64,000 nt of DNA, taken from contig JAKMXF010000233.1 in the NCBI GenBank assembly GCA_024704765.1, positions 124,001 to 188,000 on the forward strand, written 5' to 3'. The position numbers were made by a program, and so were the translations under genes. Positions 49,201-58,200 of the stretch are shown here, in pieces. This stretch comes from Oopsacas minuta (taxonomy: Eukaryota > Animalia > Porifera). A model generated the notes under the pieces. That model was not told where the DNA came from. It saw only the letters and a list, made by a program, of their open reading frames with translations, and did no database searches. Within the stretch, counting starts at the first letter, position 1. Each line of letters begins with the position of its first letter.

Positions 49201-52200
49201 AACAATTTATATCTCATATATAGCACATATTGGCTGGGAAATTGTATGCGTTTTGACATTTCATTTTCGATTTATTCTGAATTGATGGTTGTTGAGGAGC
49301 GTTTTTACACCCTCAAACATTAAAACCGCGCGCATATATATATCTGCAACTTTATTTTTTCCAATAAATACATCCATATTACTCAAATAATCTATTATTA
49401 TGTGCGATATACAATAATTATATAATTTAACAATATTAATTATCATTGCTAAAATCCAATAATGCATTAACCTTTTCCATCATGTAACACTGTACTCTTT
49501 GATTATCTTTATCACAGACGTATAAGAACTTTTCAGAAGCATATATTCCATGTAGCTTATTGAAATGTCCAGGTGCTATACCCTCACTACCGAAATTTAG
49601 ACAAATAGAGCTGTCAGGACTATCGTACATGATAACTTTATTATTTGCATAGTCTGTTACCATTATAACTCCCTCTTCATTGATTGTAATACCAAATCCA
49701 CCTAATAGCTCATTCGGGTCGTTTTGTATGCCAGTCAAGTACAGTAGCTCTCCCATGACGGTGTACACGTTAATACACGGTGTGCCTGTGTGTAGTACTA
49801 CAACCTGTCCGCTTGTGTTTGTATCGATGCTACGAGGCTTCCGTAAGGGCCCTGGACTATTGTCTGCATACCCGATGAAATGTGAGAATGTTACTGGGAT
49901 ATTCTTCTTCAATACTTGCACACGGTTGTTGCCAGAGTCGCAAACTAATAGGTAAGCCTCATGACATTTTAATCCGGCTGGGTATTCAAATTCAAGTGTA
50001 CCAGCACCTCGTGTGCCGAGATGTTCCACGAGAACACCAGTCGCTTTATCGAACTTGTACACAATATGCTTGTTGCATATTGATACGTAAATGTATAGAG
50101 GATCTACTGTTATACCTCCTAGTGATAATGAACCTGATTTTTGTATTGAGTAAGTCTTGTCTAAGCGGAATTGTGAGTCGAATACTTTAATTTCTTTTCC
50201 TTGTACCAGATTCAGTAAGAAAATACGGCCATCTTTTGGGTCAGTAGCAAGTGCGTGTGGTTCTAGCTTTCCAATTGTTTGAGGGTCACTGTTGATGACA
50301 CGATACGGTGTTACATTTCGCGGAGTTAGGATTATTTTACCGAAATTATCAATCTGATCTATCAATGTTCTATCAAAACTGAATTTGACATCTGTGTATT
50401 TTGATACGCTCATACTTTCTAGATCTCTAATTTTGTCCTCTAGTGATTTTAAAAGACTTGCTTTTATTGTTCGGTGATTTTCGATTGTTTCGCTGTCAAG
50501 TGCGATGTATTTTGTACGTTCAAATCCATTAATTTTTGTTATTTTATTCGAGACTGCCAGCATTATTTCATCTTCAAGTTCTTGCAGTCTGTTTAACAGC
50601 AAATCTTTTCTCTCTTGTATCTTCTCGGATAGAACATTAAATTCGTCAGTTACCCTTTCTCTAGCTGTGTATATATCTTGTAATATAAGTGGATAACCTT
50701 CTTTATTGATTGATGCCATTTTTGTTTGTAAATTTAAATCTAATCGTTTCTAGATAACAATTATCACCTGCTATTTATACTAGAATCTAAGGCATTTATT
50801 TGCTTTGCATTACTATTGTTGCCATTGCCTTTTCTAATTGCTTTCAATTTTGGGTTAAAGCATAGTAGAGTAATACTATACTGCTCTTATTACTGAAATT
50901 GTGGGAATTATCTTATATAGATTGCCTCATAATTATTAATCGTGGCCTTGTGGGTAATTACAAGACGAGACTTGAAAAGCTGTTTCGAATACATCTGTAC
51001 TTGATTCGGCTACTATCTTAGAAGTTTCCACCTTTTAGCTTGAAGTATCTTCTTGTGGTTCTGTATGATTGGAAATTGTATTGGTTTATATGTTCGTGAC
51101 ATTATGGTTCTCTCTTAATTGTTTCATCTATATATGTGGTCAAACTTTGAATATGAACAAAGCTAATGCTTGCTATTTACCATCTGAATATCATATGCGA
51201 ATATACTATAATGTTATCTGTATCGTACTAGGTACACTCTTTTCTATTGATTTAATGGCCATTGTGTTGTGATTATATTTGATTGCAGAAAGTCATTTCT
51301 CTCCGCTCAGTCACTTGAGGTTTGTATACCATTGTAAATATATCTGAGGTTTCACTGACTAGCTATATACTTGGAATTAGAAATCCTTAAAATAATCAGC
51401 GTTTTATCTACTTCTACGGCTCTACCTCCCCTATGAAGTAGAAGAGATAGTCTAAATACATAGATATACTATCTTTGAAATGTATCTGAATTTTGTATTA
51501 TAATCTCCCGTGAACTCAGAAGCTGATTCAACAAAGTATTATCTGCTATATTAGTGTATTTAAGATGTTTGCTAGTTACCTCAAGAGGTCGATACTATCC
51601 GAATATGTACGATTATCATATCGCTATAAAATTGCTAATTTACTTGAGATCCGTGTATTCAGTTATAAATCAGCTGATTTATCTCAGTTGTGTATTTATA
51701 TATTGCATTTTATCCTAATTATTTGGGCCACCAGAAATGGAAATTAACTTGCTTAACTCACGTTTTGGATTATTCTTGCCTCTAATTAACTCAAAGGAAA
51801 TTTTTATCTAAGCAAACCAGTTTGCTATATTTTAGATGAAACACATAATTATCCTATAAGGATATATACATGCTAGTAGTGGTGATAAGCATTTTCTTGG
51901 AAATAATTGCTAATACATTTTCTTCATTGGAAATGATAACAGACTTGTGTACATTACTACTGAATTTTACCAAAGAAAAATGTATTCTACCTCCCGATGT
52001 ATGATGTCTACATTACCATTGGAGAATGTTGTTGTCATGTTATTGATGGTTTAAGTATTATACGAAATCACTTCAAATTCCCTCCTTTTCTTACTACGAA
52101 TACATTAACATGTTCTAATTATTGTTAGTATGTATTGGATCATGCAGACAGGCGTATACATTGTAAGAATTGATCGTGGAAAATAATATGATTTGACTCC

Positions 52201-55200
52201 TACATTTTTCTAGGAAGCAGGGGTGGGGCGGAACTTTATTTAATAAATTCTTCTCACGTGTGTGTGAACACGTATAGCTAATGTTTTGATAAATTGAACT
52301 TGCTCATTAACTAATGAAAATTTCAATTTTATCAGTGCTAGAGATAACAATTGGGGCTGGTATTCTATGCAACAGATCATTGTGTAATTAAAGTAGCTCT
52401 GTTTCGTTTGATTTCGCTCACTTCTTGACACTACTTGTATTAGTTGGCGAATAAATGCAAACTTGAACATATTTTGCTTGCGTATATAGCATGTAACTGC
52501 GTAATCGAATGTAAGCAGTGAGCGAAATCATATGGTATTAGAGTATCTATTAACTTGTAATACATTCTAGCGTCAATCAGACCCGAGCGAAATTACAATC
52601 TACATCTTTGATATATCGTCTGTTTGCAATACACTCCTCTTGTCCATCTTCTTTAATCAACTTCAACAAGTCCTATACATAATAGGAACTAAATACACTG
52701 TCGATTATTATTACTCTTAATGTAACTGAATAGTCCAGCTGTTCACAAGCTCTTCTATAAGGATATCAGTTGTCATTATGTTAAGAATGATGAAATGCTC
52801 AAAATGGCCTTACACTGAATAGTTACTATTCATTTCATTGACAAATATTTCAACTAAACACGCAGTTGAAATATTTTACAATATAATCAATGTTATTATT
52901 GCACCATAATTTGCACGCGATTTCTTATTAAACGAATCCTATACTGTATTTTGTGTAAATTGGTTATTTTGCTGTTTGTTGAATTACCCAATTTAGAAAT
53001 ATCTATGATAGACTTCTTGATATACTAATTACGAATTATAGCAGTTTAATTAACAATATTGTATGTAATTATTCACGGCAAGTTTTTGATTGTGATCACT
53101 TTCAATAGTAATTCCTTGAACGTTCTTTACTGTTAGAATTATTATTATTATTGTGATCTTTATGCTAACGTTTGTGGTATCATATTTTGTTGCAATATAT
53201 GTGTAGAATTGATTAATTTCCTATAAATTTATTTTGATTTGTTATTTACTTTCTTATCATGTCAATAACTAAATTTGGTTTCATAATTGCTTTGTACAGA
53301 TATATATAATTTTAAAACAATTTTACTATAATGAGAAACATCGTATAATACGTATAATACTCATGTGTTTTGTTATCATCTTTGATCAATTCTTAAACAG
53401 CTGATTTACATGTAAAATTTAGAGAATTTTCATATACACCAAAATTTCCAAACACTTTAGGGAAATTATTGGATGATAAATAATAATATTTCCTTAAATT
53501 TATGTAGATTAATTACCTGCATGTTGTAAATTACCTTAAAAATATTGCATGTAAAGCTGCCATACAATCTCTCTATGATATTCACAAGCATAACTAATAA
53601 TTTGCTAGCAAAGATACGCTAAATAACTGTAAAATCATCTCAACAGATATATCTTTATTCCTAACTTCTCCAGGATTTCTTCTGGCATACAAAAGACAGG
53701 ATTAACCGGTTTAATCTCACCCTTATAATGTCCAAGTAAAGATAAACCGGTTAAACCGAATAGTGTATGGAAGGGATCAGTTATATCACCAGGTCTATCT
53801 GCTATACCTCCACTCTCTTCATCTTGACAGGCCAGAATATAATCTTTCATCTTGTCAGCGTCGATCCATTTAATCCGTCCGATTATCTTAAGAGAGGCCA
53901 GCACCCACCAGGAGTAGCATACGTCAGGGAGTTTCTCAGGGCGCCCGTTTAGCCCACCTGATTTAAGTTGTCGCTCACACAACCATGTTCCTAACACATC
54001 AGCCTGTACTTTGTATAAACGGTTAGTTATAGCCAGTGCCCCTAGACAACAATATATCTGTCCGGAATGAGATTCAGAGCCGGGAACACACCCGAAACCT
54101 CCGTCAAAGTTCATACATCTAACAACGAAATCTACTGCCTTCTCAATATTAACTCTTTCCAGTCTGTTAATCAACATCAACGATGCTAATGCACACAATG
54201 AGAACCTCGTATCAACCTCACCCCATTTATCGCCAATGAATGAACCATCTTCTTGCTGTTGTCCTGCTATATAGTCAGCTACTTTATCAGAATCTATCTT
54301 ATCTAAGCTCTCATAGATAGCTAAAATCTGTATTGCACTCAGTGTATATAGCAAATGAGGGTCGTTTTTTATATTTCCCCCAAATCCACCGTTTGGACGT
54401 TGGCATGACAATACGAACTCTAAAACCTCATTTTTCTCCAACTTATCCTCTTTTCCGATTAATTTCAATGCAGTTAGTATCCAGTACACTCCGTTCATTC
54501 GGAAATATTCAGACATGACATATTCCAAATCATTCTTATCCTTACCATATGTTTCCAATGACTTAACATGTAAATCTAATAACAGAGATTTCCGTTCAGG
54601 AATATCTGGCAGTTTGACGTCATTAATTGATACAGCCATTTTCTTAGAAACTTGTAAATTTAATTGTATCTATCTTATGCTTGTTTATTATACATATGGT
54701 CTTCTATTAATAATTATACATTAGAAGTTAGGTGAAAGTATTAAATGTTCAGATTCCTTATATATAGCTCAACTATACTATAGTACAGTTTTTGTAATAC
54801 AAAACCCCATGCCCTCATCCCAAAAGGTGGCTTTCATTAGGTCTAACAAATGACCTTTCCTCGAATATAGAAAAGCTAATACACAAAAACTATAGTTGAG
54901 CTATATATAAGTTATTTGTTGAATGTTTACTAGAATCTTTATTTAGGGAAGAATATTGGAAATTGGTTTTTTTGAAATGTATTATGGTCCCAAGAATGTT
55001 TTATGTGTATTCTTAATCCGAATTATTGTCTATATTATTCCACTTACTTTCAAACCGAGTTCGAGTTTGCTGATATGGAAATAGATTTTAGAGTAATTTG
55101 CATGCATACAGAATATGTGATTGCAGTGGAACCTCATTAATACAAACACCAACGAACGGTCAAAAATTTGTCCACTTTATCCAGAGTTCAGATAAAGCAA

Positions 55201-58200
55201 GGCAATAGCCATTATAGGTACCTGATTTGTGTATTTATTCTTTCCGGAAATTGGTATTAACGAGGTTCCACTGTATAGCATTGTTACACGAATCTTTTGG
55301 CCATATAGATAATATAAATTCAAGATTTCCTCAGAAATGTTTGCTTGTTTGTTATTTGTCTCTATTTTGCAAACAAACGAAAAAACATCTATTTTGAGTA
55401 GCGTATTTACAGATTGCATTATTACAAATATATTATTTCTTAATCACTTTCCTTTCTTTCAACGTCTAAAATAGATTTTGTTCAATTATAATCTAATTAC
55501 GTAAATAAGGTTTTTTGTTGCGCCAACATTCATCATAACTAATTGCTAAACTAACGAAGCAATAATTCTACGATTATCGATGGAATGAATTTGATTAAGA
55601 AGATTATTGCAATCGTATTTAGTAATTCTAATAGCTTTACTATGGATTCATTACTAAATTCACCTTTTGTATTATTGGTTTTGGAGACACAATTAGTACG
55701 TACTATCCGAGTATACGTCTTAAGTAGATGTGTTATAATGAATGGGAACTAAATTTGTTTGAAAGAAAAGTACGTATTTATCGAATTCTGCTGTATATGG
55801 CATCCATTCATGGTCATTTAATACAATAGACTCTCGTTAATGCCATGGTGATATTACACATCTTTCACTGAATACAGCAGTTTGTGAGATACTTCATTAA
55901 AATACTCTCAATATATTGAAGATGCTATACTATATCATATTATCCCATTACATAGGTCGTAGACTGTTAGTGAATGAGATAACAGACTCAGACATAACTA
56001 TTGCACTCAGCAAGATGCAGATATCTCCAGATGAAGACTCCTCATTTAAATGCACCCTATCTGCCTGGGCTACCTCAGTACAGGGGATAGCTGGACAGAG
56101 ATGGACTCTAACTCCTCAGAGAGAGATTTCTTGGGCTATTAGCAGTTTCAGTCCGAGTCAGAAGAATCAGCTGGCTTTCTTACTGGCTAATTGGCTTGGA
56201 CTTATGCCATTTAAGTAAGTATTAGTTTGTTTGTTTTAATATTTGTTATTGAAGGTGAAAGGAATCGTGTGTATACGCATAATCTTGAAATTCACAAGGG
56301 TGCAATCCATATTCATCCAGTCTATTCCATTATTCTCAAATATCTGAAACAAATTCTAGAATGCAGTGTCTATTAAGAATATTTATTAGAAGATTCCCTC
56401 TAAACTAGCAATGATATTTGATACTTTATTTAGAGATTATTAGACTCAGGTTAATCAATTAGTATGTCTATATTCACTTCTAATAAATTTGAACAACCGG
56501 CTTAGTTAGAACATTTTGAGCATTGCGCCAGGCATTACGCCAAGTACCAGTGCCTATATATGCGCCAGTAGCCCGTGAAGGCTGGAAATGCCACTGAACC
56601 TGGTTCTTGAAGATGTGTCTGCACTCTCGATCCAGTCGTACGGCCAGATAAATACTTTTCTATAACAGCCTGGTTTTTACCTTATGTAATGATTTGTATA
56701 AGAAATTTTTAATTCTCAACAATTGGCAAATACTGTCTCTAAGCTCTAATGTAATAAAATATTACTGAAATTGGTTTCTTTAGGCATTAAATTATACCAA
56801 ATTTCGAGATCCTAATTCTAACATAATTTGCGGATATAAAATTCACACAGTAGTGCCTGTGTGTTAGCTGTTAGATGCTAGCTCACCCGCACTATTACTA
56901 GACCTTTAATACCTTCGAATTTAAATTAGTAAAAGATGGCGGATAATGTAGCAGTCTCATTGGTAAATCTTGTTTCGGGGAAGAATGGAGATGGTGGTGA
57001 TGACGATGGTGTTGAAGCATTCCAAACCAAACCATACCTGAAAAAATTCGTCAAACGCAGGACAGAAACCAAGATATTAAAGTGGCAAGGTACTGACCAG
57101 GATTACACAGAACTCAATGACGTATTGGAACATTACAAAATGGACAAATTGAAGAGGATGTTATTGGGAGGTGCGCCTTACCTATACAAGAAAGATGAAA
57201 ATAATTATGCTATGACACATGCAGCATTCTACTCACGTACAGATATCATGGAGATTATCCTAGAGAGACATAGAAACGAAAAAACCCCAGATGATGAGGA
57301 CGAATTTCAACACCAAACTTGTCTAGCACTCTACACAATCTGTTCAACGAACTGTGGAGACATAGTACGTGCACTTCTAAATGTCGCTACGCCTGTAATC
57401 CCACAAGCACATTTGAATCAGGCAGCCGCTACAGGCAGTACTGCTGTACTAAATGAAATTTTAACATTCTTCCCTAGAATGGATGTCAACCCTAAGGATG
57501 GTGATGGTAACACTCCATTACATAAAGCTGTTGAAAACAAGCACGCTCACACAGTGCAGTATCTTCTCAATAAGAATGCTAACCCTAATGCAGTGAATAA
57601 TGATGGATACAATACTGTACACATGACATGTCAATATGCTGATGAGAGTGTTCTCTATCTTCTCACGACAAGAAATGCAGATGTGAATGCAAGAGAGAAT
57701 AGAGGTAAATCACCAGCTCTGATTGCAGCTGAGAATGGGAAAGAAGGTTGTATCCATATCCTAGCTGCAGCAGGGGCAAATCTAGATCAGAGAGACAAAC
57801 AAGGTAACGCCCCACTGATCGTGGCAGCTGGTCTAGGTCACACGAATACAGTGAAAGAACTGATCCTCAATGGAGCTTCCTTTGACGTAACTGATAATGA
57901 ACGCTACAACGCACTTGAAAGGGCAATTATCAACAAGAGAGATGGAGCAGCAGCTATGTTTATTCGTCTCGCTCCACAGATCGACTACGTCGATTATTAT
58001 CGAAATACGATGGAAGTTAGTATGTTAAAGATTGTTCGCTACCGTCTTACCGAAACTATTAAAGCTCTCCTTGATCGAATGGTTGTGCAATTTGATCCAC
58101 TAAATCCCATCAAATGGAATATACAGACAAAATATCTAGATGTTGATAACACAGGTAAAACTCCAGAAGATGATGAATATGAAAGAAACAAAACTTTTCT

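Noticed and set aside
50720-53634. Coding-looking fragments in the 2.9-kb gap, e.g. about 51840-52050 ([20 protein letters not shown]), and a 14-bp inverted repeat at 52409/52517
   Set aside because: Interrupted by stops with no consistent exon chain; the host reads continuously from 45142 to 55956 without them.
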